A stretch of DNA of 64,000 nucleotides from contig BJHK01000001.1 of NCBI GenBank assembly GCA_014192425.1, positions 2,623-66,622 of the forward strand, given 5' to 3'. The stretch comes from Planctomycetia bacterium (GTDB taxonomy: Bacteria > Planctomycetota > Planctomycetia > Pirellulales > UBA1268). The notes below the pieces were generated by a model, which worked only from the letters and a program-made list of their open reading frames with translations, had not been told where the DNA came from and ran no database searches. Of this stretch, positions 9,581-19,476 are shown in pieces. A program made the translations under genes and the position numbers. Within the stretch, counting starts at the first letter, position 1; every line of letters begins with the position of its first letter.

Positions 9581-10548
9581 GGCGCGGCAGGCTCCGGGGC
9601 GGACGATGCAGCGTCGCCAATCGAACCGCGGCCGGGGCCCGCGACCAGGTTCGCCGCGACGTCGGCGGCGAGTTCGGCCGCCGCCTCGTCGTTGCGCCGC
9701 TCGAAGACGAGCCGGGCCGCGAGGATGGACGCCTCTTGGCGAAGCACGCGGCCGGACCTGTCGACCCAGATTCGAAACCGTTGGCTGCCGCGGTTCGTGG
9801 GATCGGGCCGGTAGACGACGACGTGGGTCCAGGTCAGCTGGCCGTCCCAGTAGATCTGCTCCTCGCCGTCGACCTCGGCATGCAGGACTTCGACCGTGGA
9901 GCCGTTGCTGCGCAGCGGACTGAAGATCGACACCTGCCAGCGTCTTCCCGGGAACAGGCCGAGCAGCACCGCCCGGGGGGACAACTCGTCGCCGCTGACG
10001 GCATGCCATGGCACCTGCTGGCGGGTCTCGTAACGCAGTTCGCCCGCCCGGAGGCTGACGGATAGCGTGTCGTCCACCATCGCCCCGGTGAACAGGATCG
10101 GTGCTGCGACGCCCGGAAGATCGACCGCGGCGTCGAATGTCCGCAGCCGGCCGCCGGCATCGAAGCGAAAGCGGCTCTTCGACTCGACGACCATTCCCTG
10201 CCCGCGGATCGCGTGCCCAGGCGGTCGGAGGACGGTGGCCAGCACCTCCGCCGTCCACTTGGGAAGCATGTCGTCGATCGGCACACGGTCGAGGTGGAGC
10301 CAGCTGTCGACAGCGATCTGTCCGTCGTCGAGGCGACGGGATTCGGACAGCGCCCAGCCGAGTGGCATGTCCTTCCAAAGCACCGACCAGGCGACGGGGA
10401 CGGGTGGTTGACCGGCGGCAAGGGAATGGCCGTAGCCCGGCGGTGAGCCGTTCGACAACGAAGGAGCGATCTTCTCCACGAACAGCCAGCCGGTGGCCAG
10501 GCACCAGAGCGCCGCGACGACTACCGAAACCCAAGGCCGCTGCAACAT
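9577..10548 (-). CDS. N-terminally membrane-anchored protein of unknown function
   Basis: 323 aa, a single N-terminal hydrophobic helix (VSVVVAALWCLATGWLFV), then a beta-rich-looking domain. First gene of the ABC operon. No motif recognised. Confidence 0.65.
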   Translation of the reverse strand: MLQRPWVSVVVAALWCLATGWLFVEKIAPSLSNGSPPGYGHSLAAGQPPVPVAWSVLWKDMPLGWALSESRRLDDGQIAVDSWLHLDRVPIDDMLPKWTAEVLATVLRPPGHAIRGQGMVVESKSRFRFDAGGRLRTFDAAVDLPGVAAPILFTGAMVDDTLSVSLRAGELRYETRQQVPWHAVSGDELSPRAVLLGLFPGRRWQVSIFSPLRSNGSTVEVLHAEVDGEEQIYWDGQLTWTHVVVYRPDPTNRGSQRFRIWVDRSGRVLRQEASILAARLVFERRNDEAAAELAADVAANLVAGPGRGSIGDAASSAPEPAAP

Positions 10549-10781
10549 GCCGCCCGTTCCCCGGGGCGGTTCCGGCCCGACAGCAGCGGCGCCGGAACCC
10601 GAGATGGAATCGCTCTACTATAGCGACCTACTGCCAAAAGACCGGATGCAACCGGTCAATCCGCGGAATTCATCGAAACCGAACACGCCTGCCATTGCCC
10701 GCCGGCTCGGGCCGCCATACACTGCCGCCGAGGGGTTCGGTCTTGCGGTCGTGTTCAGCGCCGGCAGACCGGCAAGCGGAC

Positions 10782-11057
10782 ATGTCGAGCCATGAGTGTC
10801 GAGCCACAAGTCACGGCAAGAGTCACGCCATGAGTCACGACCGATCCACGGTGCATTTCCATCAGTCCTGTCCCGTCTGCGGCAGGCAGTTGCGGGTGCG
10901 CGTCAGCCTGCTCGGACAGCGTGTCTTCTGCCAGCATTGCGGCGGTGGATTCGTGGCCGCCGATCCCGAACTTCGCGGCGAGCCGGCCGATCGCGACGAT
11001 CAGGTCGAACGGCTGCTGGCGGCCGCGGCCCGGATGCTCGAGCGGGCGGATCGCTGA
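10782..11057 (+). CDS. small zinc-ribbon protein
   Basis: CPVCGRQLRV...FCQHCGGGF provides two CxxC pairs. Alternative ATG at 10830. The track ORF from 10101 is over-extended. Confidence 0.5.
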   Translation: MSSHECRATSHGKSHAMSHDRSTVHFHQSCPVCGRQLRVRVSLLGQRVFCQHCGGGFVAADPELRGEPADRDDQVERLLAAAARMLERADR

Positions 11058-11100
11058 TCGGCTGATCGATGCCCTCGTTGGCCACCCGGCTGCAGCCGCG

Positions 11101-12426
11101 TCAGGCCGGCGCCGGGCAGCGTCCGGACGTGAGGTCGGCGAGCATTCGCCAGTATCCCGGGAACGTCTTGCCGACGCAGTCCGGGTTTTCGATGACCACT
11201 CCCGGCGTGCGCAGGCCGGCCAGCGCCAGGCTCATCGCCATCCGATGATCGTCGTAGGTGGCGATGCTCGCGCCGTGCAGGGGGCCGGGGTGGATGGTGA
11301 GGCCGTCCGGCCGTTCGTCGACACGGCAGCCGAGCCGGCGCAGCTCACGGACCAGGTCGCCGATCCGGTCGGTCTCCTTGTCGCGGATGTGGGCCACGTT
11401 GTTGATCGCCGTGGGCGTCGTGGCGAACAGGGCCACCGCCGCCAGCGTCGGCACGGTGTCGCTGATGGCGTTCATGTCGATGTCGATGCCGCGGTCGGCC
11501 CGGCCCGCGACCGTGACCGCCCCGTGCGGCGTCGTGGGGCCGGGCTCCTCCCAGGTCACGGAGCAGCCCATCCGTTCGAGCGCGTCGGCAAAGCCGATGT
11601 CTCCTTGCATGCTCGTCCGCGACAGGCCCTCGATGCGGACGCGGCCCCCCGTGATCGCCGCGGCCGCGAGAAAATAGCTGGCCGCCGAGGCGTCGGGCTC
11701 GATCGCGTAGTCGCAGGCCGTGTAGCCGGTGGCGGGAATGACCCATGTGTGCGGGGTCGGCGATTGGCAGCTGCCGCCGAACGACTCCATCACGCGCCGG
11801 GTCATCTCCAGGTAGGGAAGCGACACGAGTCGGCCGGTGAACTCGAGCGTCGTCTCGGCATTCGCACAGGGGGCAGCAAGGGCCAGGCCGCTGGCGAACT
11901 GGCTCGATGTCGTGCCGCGGACGGCGATCCTGCCCCCCGGCAGTCCGCGGGAACGGATCACGACCGGCGGGCAGCCGCCGGGGCTCTCCGCCAGCGCGTC
12001 GATGCCGAGGCTGCGGAGCGGTTCGAGCAGATCGTCAATCGGCCGCTGCCGCATCCGGGGCGTGCCGTCGAGACGGTAGGTGCCGGTGCCGAGGCTCGAG
12101 ACGGCCGACAGAAACCGCATCGTCGTGCCGCTGGCGGCGCAGTCGATCGTGGCGGTCGTGGCCGGGATCGCACCGCCGGCGCCGCCGACGTCGACGATGC
12201 CGGCCTCCCAGTCGGCCGTCACCTCGATGCCGAGCGCGGCGAGGCCGGCAACCATGACCCGCGTGTCCTGGCTGTCGAGGACGCCCTCGAGCCTGCTCCG
12301 GCCGCGGGCCAGCGCGGCGCAGACCAGCGCCCGGTTGGTGATGCTCTTGGAGCCGGGTGGGCGGACGGTGCCGCGCACCGGCGCCATGCAGCAGGGAATC
12401 GGCAGGGCGGGCGTGGCGGTGTCCAT
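11101..12426 (-). CDS. aroA: 3-phosphoshikimate 1-carboxyvinyltransferase (EPSP synthase)
   Basis: PPGSKSITNRAL, DCAASGTTMRFL, RMRQRPI, IRDKETDRI and DDHRMAMS motifs. Start taken at MDTATP (12426); the track ORF extends further upstream. Confidence 0.9.
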   Translation of the reverse strand: MDTATPALPIPCCMAPVRGTVRPPGSKSITNRALVCAALARGRSRLEGVLDSQDTRVMVAGLAALGIEVTADWEAGIVDVGGAGGAIPATTATIDCAASGTTMRFLSAVSSLGTGTYRLDGTPRMRQRPIDDLLEPLRSLGIDALAESPGGCPPVVIRSRGLPGGRIAVRGTTSSQFASGLALAAPCANAETTLEFTGRLVSLPYLEMTRRVMESFGGSCQSPTPHTWVIPATGYTACDYAIEPDASAASYFLAAAAITGGRVRIEGLSRTSMQGDIGFADALERMGCSVTWEEPGPTTPHGAVTVAGRADRGIDIDMNAISDTVPTLAAVALFATTPTAINNVAHIRDKETDRIGDLVRELRRLGCRVDERPDGLTIHPGPLHGASIATYDDHRMAMSLALAGLRTPGVVIENPDCVGKTFPGYWRMLADLTSGRCPAPA

Positions 12427-12539
12427 CGGGGATCGCGGCGTCGGGTTGCGGCCGTGCGGCGGCCGTGGAATGCTCGAACAGCGTACGGGGCCGACCGGTG
12501 CCGGTCCATTGCAGCCATGCCTGCGGCAGCGAGCGAACG

Positions 12540-13781
12540 ATGAACGGGGCGACACGGGGCGGCGGCGGCGTAGGGGCCTATGAGTTTCTCGCCCCGCCGA
12601 AAATCCTCTTCGGAGCCGGGAGGATCGCCGATCTGGGGACGACCGTCGCCGGCCAAGGCCGCAGCGCGTGGATCGTGGCCAGTCCGCGCGGGCTCGCGGC
12701 GGCGGGGGGCCGGGATGCCGTGGCAGCCCTGCTCGCGGCGGCTGGCGTGGCGGCGACGGTCGTGGGACAGGCACGGGGCGAGCCCACCGTGGCCGACGTG
12801 GCCGGCCTCCTCGAACGGCAGGTGCACCAGCCCCGTGACGGCGTCGTCGTGGTGGCGATCGGCGGCGGCTCGGCGATCGATCTCGGCAAGGCGCTGGCTG
12901 GGCTGGTGACGAATGTCGGCGTCACCCAGGCCGGGACCGGAGCGGGCAGCGACACCGACTTTGACGCCGCGGTGGTCGATCGGCTGGAGGGCGTGGGCCG
13001 CGGGCTGCCGCTGACCGAGCCGGTGCTGCCGCTGGTGGCCGTACCGACCACGGCCGGCACCGGCGCCGAGGCGACGCGCAACGCCGTCATCTCCTGCCCG
13101 CGACGCGGCTTCAAACGCAGCCTGCGCAGCCCGCTCCTCGTGCCGCGGGCCGCGCTCGTCGATCCGGCACTGACCCTGACGTGCGACCGCGGCACCACGG
13201 TGGCCGCCGGCCTCGACTGCATCACGCAGCTCGTCGAGTCGTTCATCTCCCGGTTCGCGCAGCCGTTGCCACGGGGGCTGGTGCTGGAGGCGCTGCCCGG
13301 GGCGATCGCCGCGCTGCCGCGCGTCGTCGTCGATCCGGGCGACATCGCCGCCCGGTCCACGCTCGCCCATGCCGCGCTCGTGTCGGGGATGGCGCTGGCC
13401 AACTCGGGGCTGGGGATGGCCCATGGCGTGGCGGCGGCCCTCGGCGTGGAGTGCGGAGCGGCCCACGGCGCCGCCTGCGCGGCGCTCCTGCCGGTGGCGA
13501 TGCGGGTGAACCGGCAGGTCGCCGAACGCGATCTGGCCCGGCTCGAGCGGGCGATCGATCCTGCCGCGGCGGCCGCGGACGGCCCGGCGGCGGATGCGTT
13601 CGTGGTCCGGATCGAGCGGCTGTGCGCTCTGGTCGGCGCCCCCGCGCGGCTCAGGGACCTCGGCCTGCGCCGCGACCGTATCGGCTGGCTGGCCGCCAAT
13701 TCTGGCGGCGCCAGCATGCGCGGCAATCCCGTCGCGCTCGAGGCAGCCGACCTGCTGCCGATCCTGGAGGCGATCTACTGA
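12540..13781 (+). CDS. iron-containing alcohol dehydrogenase family protein
   Basis: AIGGGSAIDLGKA motif and PTTAGTGAE motif, about 413 aa from the ATG at 12540. Divergent from aroA. Confidence 0.85.
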   Translation: MNGATRGGGGVGAYEFLAPPKILFGAGRIADLGTTVAGQGRSAWIVASPRGLAAAGGRDAVAALLAAAGVAATVVGQARGEPTVADVAGLLERQVHQPRDGVVVVAIGGGSAIDLGKALAGLVTNVGVTQAGTGAGSDTDFDAAVVDRLEGVGRGLPLTEPVLPLVAVPTTAGTGAEATRNAVISCPRRGFKRSLRSPLLVPRAALVDPALTLTCDRGTTVAAGLDCITQLVESFISRFAQPLPRGLVLEALPGAIAALPRVVVDPGDIAARSTLAHAALVSGMALANSGLGMAHGVAAALGVECGAAHGAACAALLPVAMRVNRQVAERDLARLERAIDPAAAAADGPAADAFVVRIERLCALVGAPARLRDLGLRRDRIGWLAANSGGASMRGNPVALEAADLLPILEAIY

Positions 13782-13823
13782 TCGAGGATCGCCCCTCGAT
13801 TCGCCGCATCTGCCCGCAAACGG

Positions 13824-15296
13824 TCAGCGGCGCTGCGACGGTCCACTGCGTGGCAGCGGTCCGCGCAGCAGCGGGTCTTCGAGCAGCGTCATGACCAGGG
13901 ACACGTTCTCTCCACCCCGCTGCGCCGACTGCCAGGCGTTGCGGGCGGCGGCCGGATCGGGCTCGGGACGGGTGAGATACCGGGCGCCGATGAACAGGTA
14001 ATTGGCCGCGTGCCCGGCGCCGGCGAACCACTGCTTCGTGATCGTCATCGCGATCGCCTCCGGAACCTCGTCGATGGGGAGGCGGATGTTTTCCCCCTTG
14101 TGCCGGAAGATGAACATTCGATCGTTCACCTCGACGATGGAGATGCGATCCTTGCCGACGTCGAAGTCGCTGCCCATACCGGCCTTCAGCGCCTTGCCGC
14201 GAAAGGAAGCGAATTGCCGGGCATGAGCGGTGAGTTGCTCCCAGGCGGCGACGCGATCGCCGTCGGGGCCGTCGCCGACGGCATCCCGCGCCCGGGCCAG
14301 CCAGTCGTCGGCGCTGGCGAAGTCTTCGGCCGCGAGGGCCACCCGGGCGCCGGCGAGGAACTCGTCGAGCCGGGCGGCGTCGGTCGCGGCAGGCCGCGGC
14401 GACCGCGGGCGAGGCGCCGGTGAATCCGGCTCCGGCTCCGGTACGACGGCGGGTAGCGGCGGATTTGCCGGTTGGGAGGGCGGGCGCGGCACCGTGACGG
14501 ATATTGGTTCGGGGGTGGGCGGGCTGGTCGGCTCGGGGGGCGTTTCGCCCGATGGGCCCCGCGCCGAGACGGGCGGCTGCTCTTCCACCATCCGTGGCCG
14601 GTTCTGCGGCGTGCCGAGCGGCAGGCGCGGCGCGGCGCCGGGCGCCGGCTTTGCCGCAGGTGTGGCGGGCGGGGCGATGGCTTCGCCGATCTGCTCCGCC
14701 TGGTCGCGGGCCAGCGCGATCAGCCGATCGCGGTGTGACAGAAGCTGGCCGCGAAAGGCGATGCCGGCGGCGGCCGCGGCAGCCAGCGTCACCAGCGTGA
14801 GCAGCCACGGCGAGCGCCGAGTCCTCGCGGTCCGCGGCCCGCCGCCAGCAGACGCCAGTTCGGCGGCCGCAGGCACGAGGGGTTGCTCGACCGACCGCGC
14901 GGCGGCCGCGGGCGGCGGAACGGGTGGCGGCGGCGGCGTCCGATCGGGTGCCGCTGCCGGCGGGCGTCGGGCGGCCGGCGCGGCAGGGCTGGCGGGCCGC
15001 GCCAGGGCGCCGGGAGGAGGAGGGGGCGAGAAGCTGCTTCCCGGACGCGCCGGCAACGATGCGAGCAGCCCGTCACGGCTCTCCTCGACCCGCTTCACGA
15101 GCGCCGTGCGTGCCACCGTGAACGGACCTGGATCCAGGCCGCGAAGCCGGGCCAGCCGCTCGTCGGCGGCTTTGATGATGGTCTCGCTGTCGAGTTGTCC
15201 GGAGGAGAGACCGAGCACCAGCCGCGGATCGGCGAGATCAACGGCGTCAAGTCCCAGCCATTCACGGCTCGGGTCGAATGTGCTCGCGGATGACAT
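13824..15296 (-). CDS. hypothetical protein with degenerate J-like N-terminus, Pro-rich linker, one TM helix and an unknown C-terminal domain
   Basis: 490 aa. N-terminus REWLGLD...LVLGL...IIKAADERLARLR resembles the WLGI/J-like openings common in planctomycete proteins. Hydrophobic segment WLLTLVTLAAAAAAGIAF. Confidence 0.65.
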   Translation of the reverse strand: MSSASTFDPSREWLGLDAVDLADPRLVLGLSSGQLDSETIIKAADERLARLRGLDPGPFTVARTALVKRVEESRDGLLASLPARPGSSFSPPPPPGALARPASPAAPAARRPPAAAPDRTPPPPPVPPPAAAARSVEQPLVPAAAELASAGGGPRTARTRRSPWLLTLVTLAAAAAAGIAFRGQLLSHRDRLIALARDQAEQIGEAIAPPATPAAKPAPGAAPRLPLGTPQNRPRMVEEQPPVSARGPSGETPPEPTSPPTPEPISVTVPRPPSQPANPPLPAVVPEPEPDSPAPRPRSPRPAATDAARLDEFLAGARVALAAEDFASADDWLARARDAVGDGPDGDRVAAWEQLTAHARQFASFRGKALKAGMGSDFDVGKDRISIVEVNDRMFIFRHKGENIRLPIDEVPEAIAMTITKQWFAGAGHAANYLFIGARYLTRPEPDPAAARNAWQSAQRGGENVSLVMTLLEDPLLRGPLPRSGPSQRR

Positions 15297-15307
15297 GTGC
15301 TGTCTGT

Positions 15308-15372
15308 CCCACGGGGCGGCCCCAGGCCGCCGACTCGCCCACGGGGCGGCCCTGCCCCAGGCCGACGACTCT
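15308..15372. repeat. two tandem copies of a 30-35-nt GC-rich motif in the ovoA-downstream spacer
   Basis: CCCACGGGGCGGCCCCAGGCCGCCGACTCG (15308-15337) followed by CCCACGGGGCGGCCCTGCCCCAGGCCGACGACTCT (15338-15372). Confidence 0.8.
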
Positions 15373-15386
15373 CCGAGTGTAGCAGG

Positions 15387-17600
15387 TCAGCCCGGCCGGC
15401 GCCGCCAGACCGTCATCTCGGCCAGCGAATGCTGGTGCTTGCGGGCGGTTTCCCGGATGACGAACGGAACGTCCTGGCGGTGCTCCAGCGCAAAGCGGCC
15501 GTGGAGAATCCGCTCGATCCCGGTGAGCGTGTCGAGCGGCTCGCCATGCTCGCGCCGGCCGCCGAGCCACTTGTCGCGGGGGGTGTATTCCTCGAGCCAC
15601 GTGTAGGGGCTCGTGAGCACGAGCAGGCCGCCGGGCACGATCCGGTCGCCGATGAGGTCGAGGAACAGCCGCGGGTCGTAGAGCCGGTCGATGAGGTTGC
15701 CGGCGAAGACGAGGTCGTAGCCGGTGTAGAGCGGCTTGAGGTTGCAGGCGTCCCCCTGCATGAAGGCGACGCGGCCGGCGACGCCGGTCAGCCCGAGCCG
15801 ATCGAGCGACACCGCGTGGGACGCCGTCAATTCCCCCTCCGTGGGCACCTCGTAGAGGACCTCGTCCCCCTGCTGCAGGCGAACGCCCGACTGGATGAAC
15901 CGGGCGGAAAAGTCGAGGGCATCGACGTGAGAGAAATGGCGGGCGAACTCGAACGCCGACCGGCCCACCGAGCAGCCGATGTCGAGGCAGCGCCGGCGGT
16001 TGCCGGCGGGGACGTGCGGGAGCACCGCCTCGACGCAGGCCTGGGGGAAGTTGGGCACGCCGAGCGCCGCGGGCGACCCGTAGTGAAAGTCGAGGTATTG
16101 CGTGACGAGCTGGTCGGTCTCGTAGAGCCGCGCGCCGGCCGTCGTCGCCTCGTTTCCCGGCTCCTCGACGATCGTGCGCAGGCCGGCATGCTGGAAGAAG
16201 TGCCGCCGAAAGGCATAGCGGGCGCTGGCCAGCGCCTCGTTGCCGGTCGAGATCCACGAGCCGCCCATGATGAGGTTATGGCGGCCGTCGAACGTCGGCA
16301 CCGAGAAGTCGTCGTACAACGGATGAATCTCGAAGCCCTTGAAGGGCATGATCGGCGTCCGCGTCCACTGCCAGACGTTCCCGACCACGTCGCAGAACTC
16401 TCCCTGCGGAAAGGCGTCGACCGGGCTGCTCGAGGCGTGGTGGGCCAGGTTGATGTTGCCGGGAGCCGGATCCCAGGTCGGCTGGTCGCCCGGCACGTGC
16501 CGGCGCAGGGCGTGCCAGTGAGCTTCTGTGGGGAGGAGGACGTTCTCTCCGGTCATTCCCCCGAGCCAGCGACAGTAGGCCTGGGCCTCCAGGCAGTTGA
16601 CCTCGACGGGCCAGTCGAGCGGCAGGGGGATCTCCTCGAGCAGGTTTCGCTGCACGCAGCCCGCCGCCGTCATGCGCCAGAACTTCGGATGCTCGGCCTT
16701 CGTGTACCGCAGCCAGCCCTGCCCCTCCTCGGTCCACAGCGACTCATCGCGATAGCCGCCGGCGACGACGAACTCGTGAAACTCGGCGTTCGACACGAGC
16801 TGCCGGGCGGCGCGGAAGGCGGGCAGGTCCACCTCCTCGACGCCGTACTCGTTGTCCCAGCCGTAGGTCTGGTCGTCGGCCCGCTTGCCGAGCCGCACGG
16901 TCTGGGCGGGCACCGGCAGCCAGGGGTTCGGAGGCGCGGGGCCGGTCGCCTGACACGATGCCCAGAGCCGGCGCTCCGCCGCGGTCAACTCCGCCCCGTG
17001 CCGCAGTTCGCCGAGCGGCATGAGCCGCATGATCACCGACGATGTCTCGAGGTGGATCCGCTCGTGCTCGATCCCCATGAGGATCAGCCAGGCGGGCGAG
17101 TTCCACGTGATCGGCAGCTCCAGCGGCATCGATTCGATGAAGCCGTCGACCAGCTCGCGGACCGCGGCCCGGTAGTCGCGGACCGCCTGCACGGAGGGCC
17201 AGTCGTAATGGGCCGTGTTGAGGTCGTCCCACGACATCTCGTCCACGCCGACGGCGAGCATCGCCTCCAGCTTGGGGTCGATGCGACGCGGAATGTGGCG
17301 GCCGGCAGTCAGCTTGTTGACGTAGAAGACGGCAGGATGGCCGTAGTAGAAGATCAGCGGATGCCGGAGCGGCTCGTGCCGCTTGAAGTAGGAGGCATCG
17401 TCGCGGATCAGGTCGAAGAGTTGTTCGTAGAGGCTGCACGTCTGGTGAAAATAGCGGCGGAGTTCGGCCCGCTTGGCGGCGACGGGATCGGCCGCGGCGG
17501 GGTCGGCCGTGAGCAGGGGCGTGCGGGTCGGCGCGAGCGGGGCTTCGAAGTCGGCGAACCGGCCGCGGGCCGGCGGGGCGGTCTGGAGGGCGGGGGCCAT
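15387..17600 (-). CDS. ovoA: 5-histidylcysteine sulfoxide synthase / methyltransferase OvoA (ovothiol biosynthesis)
   Basis: 737 aa, three-domain layout. DinB-like N-terminus with HERIHLE (HxxxHxE iron motif), an FGE-sulfatase-type middle domain, and a C-terminal SAM methyltransferase (CLDIGCSVGRSAFE). Confidence 0.9.
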   Translation of the reverse strand: MAPALQTAPPARGRFADFEAPLAPTRTPLLTADPAAADPVAAKRAELRRYFHQTCSLYEQLFDLIRDDASYFKRHEPLRHPLIFYYGHPAVFYVNKLTAGRHIPRRIDPKLEAMLAVGVDEMSWDDLNTAHYDWPSVQAVRDYRAAVRELVDGFIESMPLELPITWNSPAWLILMGIEHERIHLETSSVIMRLMPLGELRHGAELTAAERRLWASCQATGPAPPNPWLPVPAQTVRLGKRADDQTYGWDNEYGVEEVDLPAFRAARQLVSNAEFHEFVVAGGYRDESLWTEEGQGWLRYTKAEHPKFWRMTAAGCVQRNLLEEIPLPLDWPVEVNCLEAQAYCRWLGGMTGENVLLPTEAHWHALRRHVPGDQPTWDPAPGNINLAHHASSSPVDAFPQGEFCDVVGNVWQWTRTPIMPFKGFEIHPLYDDFSVPTFDGRHNLIMGGSWISTGNEALASARYAFRRHFFQHAGLRTIVEEPGNEATTAGARLYETDQLVTQYLDFHYGSPAALGVPNFPQACVEAVLPHVPAGNRRRCLDIGCSVGRSAFEFARHFSHVDALDFSARFIQSGVRLQQGDEVLYEVPTEGELTASHAVSLDRLGLTGVAGRVAFMQGDACNLKPLYTGYDLVFAGNLIDRLYDPRLFLDLIGDRIVPGGLLVLTSPYTWLEEYTPRDKWLGGRREHGEPLDTLTGIERILHGRFALEHRQDVPFVIRETARKHQHSLAEMTVWRRRPG

Positions 17601-17614
17601 GCGCGAATCCGGGG

Positions 17615-18718
17615 CTATGGGACGGGTGTCAGTTCGTCAACGATAGCACGGCTGGCGAGTCCCTCCAGCAGCCGGTCCGGCACGGGGGAAACGGCCGCCA
17701 GCAGCGATCCGACGACCGCCGCACGGTGGCAGTTGTCGCCGCCGCACAGGGCGTTGGCCCGGATGCCCGCCGCGAAGTCGCCCGCATGCCGGGCGGCCAG
17801 ATACAAGGCCGCCGGGAAGGCATCGTCGATGTAGCAGGCGGGGCTGAGCACGGTCCCGACGACGGCCCTGTCGGGGCATGTGGCCGGGCCGCGGCCGGCG
17901 CGGCGGTCCCAGTCGGCGAGTTTCGCGGCGGACGCCCAGTCGCCGGCCTCTTCGATGATCGTCTCGCGCAGGTCGCGAGGCCCGTCCGGTCGATCGGGCC
18001 GGGTGAGGCGGACGAGGATCCGGGCGAGGGCGTCGGCGGCGGCGAGGACGTCGTCGTCCCGATGGGTGAGCGAGACGTGCAGCCGCACGATCCGGCGGAT
18101 GTCGGGATGCCGGGGCCCAAGGCCGGCGACGATCGCCGGCACGGTGGCGAGGCCGCCGATGTGGACGTCGCGGACGCCGCAACTGATCGGCTTGCGGCCG
18201 CTGCCGAGGTTCGTGAAGAAGTGCCGATGGTATTCCTCGACGTAGGTGTCGCGATGCCGGCCCGGCTCGGTCATGAAGGCCACGTACCGCTCCAGCCAGC
18301 GTTCCGGGTCGTACTCCCGGTCGCGGCGCAAGAGGGCGAACAGTTCCACCGCGAGCCGGTAATTGAGCGTGTTGTCGCCGGCGGCGAGGAACTGGTGGTA
18401 GTGGATGCCGCGCCGTCCCCAGTACTGCGCCTGCTCGCGCAGGATGTCCGCCTCTGGCGTCGGTGGCGTGTAGCTCGATCGCCAGAGGATGCTGTCTGGA
18501 TGTGGCGACCGCGGCGCGAGGTAGGTGGGCGGGACCGCCGGGTCGGCGAGATGCGAATAGTCGCGGTCGAGCGCCGCGGTGTCGTAGTACCAATGGACGG
18601 GCATGGCGACGGCGTCGGCGACGAGGCTGCCGAGGAACGCCTGCAGGCTCGTGTCGGCGCGGTGATCCGCCGGCTGGGAGGGTGCGGACTCGGGTGCGGA
18701 CGTCGAATGGTTCGTCAT
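17615..18718 (-). CDS. ADP-ribosylglycohydrolase-family protein (divergent)
   Basis: 367 aa. The N-terminal LGSLVADAVAMPVHWYY, the mid GDNTLN and the C-terminal CGGDNCHRAAVVGSLLAA align by eye with the ARH-fold metal motifs. Its stop lies 14 nt upstream of the ovoA start, and it has an ATGA overlap with the ABC ATPase. Confidence 0.75.
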   Translation of the reverse strand: MTNHSTSAPESAPSQPADHRADTSLQAFLGSLVADAVAMPVHWYYDTAALDRDYSHLADPAVPPTYLAPRSPHPDSILWRSSYTPPTPEADILREQAQYWGRRGIHYHQFLAAGDNTLNYRLAVELFALLRRDREYDPERWLERYVAFMTEPGRHRDTYVEEYHRHFFTNLGSGRKPISCGVRDVHIGGLATVPAIVAGLGPRHPDIRRIVRLHVSLTHRDDDVLAAADALARILVRLTRPDRPDGPRDLRETIIEEAGDWASAAKLADWDRRAGRGPATCPDRAVVGTVLSPACYIDDAFPAALYLAARHAGDFAAGIRANALCGGDNCHRAAVVGSLLAAVSPVPDRLLEGLASRAIVDELTPVP

Positions 18719-19461
18719 GACAGCGGCTCCCGGCGCAGGAAGGCCCGGACGCGCGGCGCGGCGGGGCGGTCGAAAAAGTCGTCGCTCGGAGCGTGGGCGA
18801 GGACGCGGCCGTCGGCGATGAACGCCACTTCGTCGGCGGCCCGGCGGGCAAAGTCCATCTCGTGGGTCACGAGCACGAATTGCGTGCCGCCCTCCCGCAG
18901 TTCGCCGATCATCGCCAGCACCTCGGTCGCCATCTCCGGATCGAGTGCCGACGTCGGCTCGTCGAGAAACAGCCGCTGCGGGCGGACGACCAGTGCCCGC
19001 AGGATCGCGATCCGCTGCCGCTGCCCGCCGGAGAGTTCGGCCGGCCGCTTGCCGGCGTGTTCCTCGAGCCCGAACCGGCGCAGCGGTTCCCGCACCCGCT
19101 CGGCGGCGGCGGCAGGCGACAGCCCGTGCACTCGGACCAGGGGAAGCAGAAGATTGTCCATGGCGGTGAGATGCGGAAACAGGTTGAATGCTTGAAAAAC
19201 CGTGCCCACGGTGCGCCGATAACCGCCCAGCCCCCGCTCGTCGCGGGGCAGCGGCACGCCGTCGAAGGAAACGCCCCCCGCCACGGGCACGTCGAGCCCG
19301 GCGAGAATCCGCAGGAGCGTCGACTTTCCGCCACCCGAGGGGCCGACGAGGACAAGCGTGCGGATCGGGCCGGTCTCGAGGTCGAGCCGGTCGAGCACGG
19401 TGGCCTGGCCGCCGTCGGGCCGGGGGAACCGCTGCACGAGGCCGTGGATGGAGAGTCGCAT
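18715..19461 (-). CDS. polar amino-acid ABC transporter ATP-binding protein (GlnQ/HisP type)
   Basis: GPSGGGKSTLLR, VFQAFNLFPHLT, LSGGQRQRIAILRAL, LFLDEPTSALDPE. Confidence 0.9.
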   Translation of the reverse strand: MRLSIHGLVQRFPRPDGGQATVLDRLDLETGPIRTLVLVGPSGGGKSTLLRILAGLDVPVAGGVSFDGVPLPRDERGLGGYRRTVGTVFQAFNLFPHLTAMDNLLLPLVRVHGLSPAAAAERVREPLRRFGLEEHAGKRPAELSGGQRQRIAILRALVVRPQRLFLDEPTSALDPEMATEVLAMIGELREGGTQFVLVTHEMDFARRAADEVAFIADGRVLAHAPSDDFFDRPAAPRVRAFLRREPLS

Positions 19462-19476
19462 GGGGGGTGGCGCGGC

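Noticed and set aside
15297-17834. 845-aa plus-strand ORF, the longest in the track
   Set aside because: It is antisense to a complete, motif-rich ovoA and to the ARH-like gene. Its product is Arg/Gly/Pro/Asp-rich with no recognisable domain. This is a typical shadow ORF of high-GC DNA.
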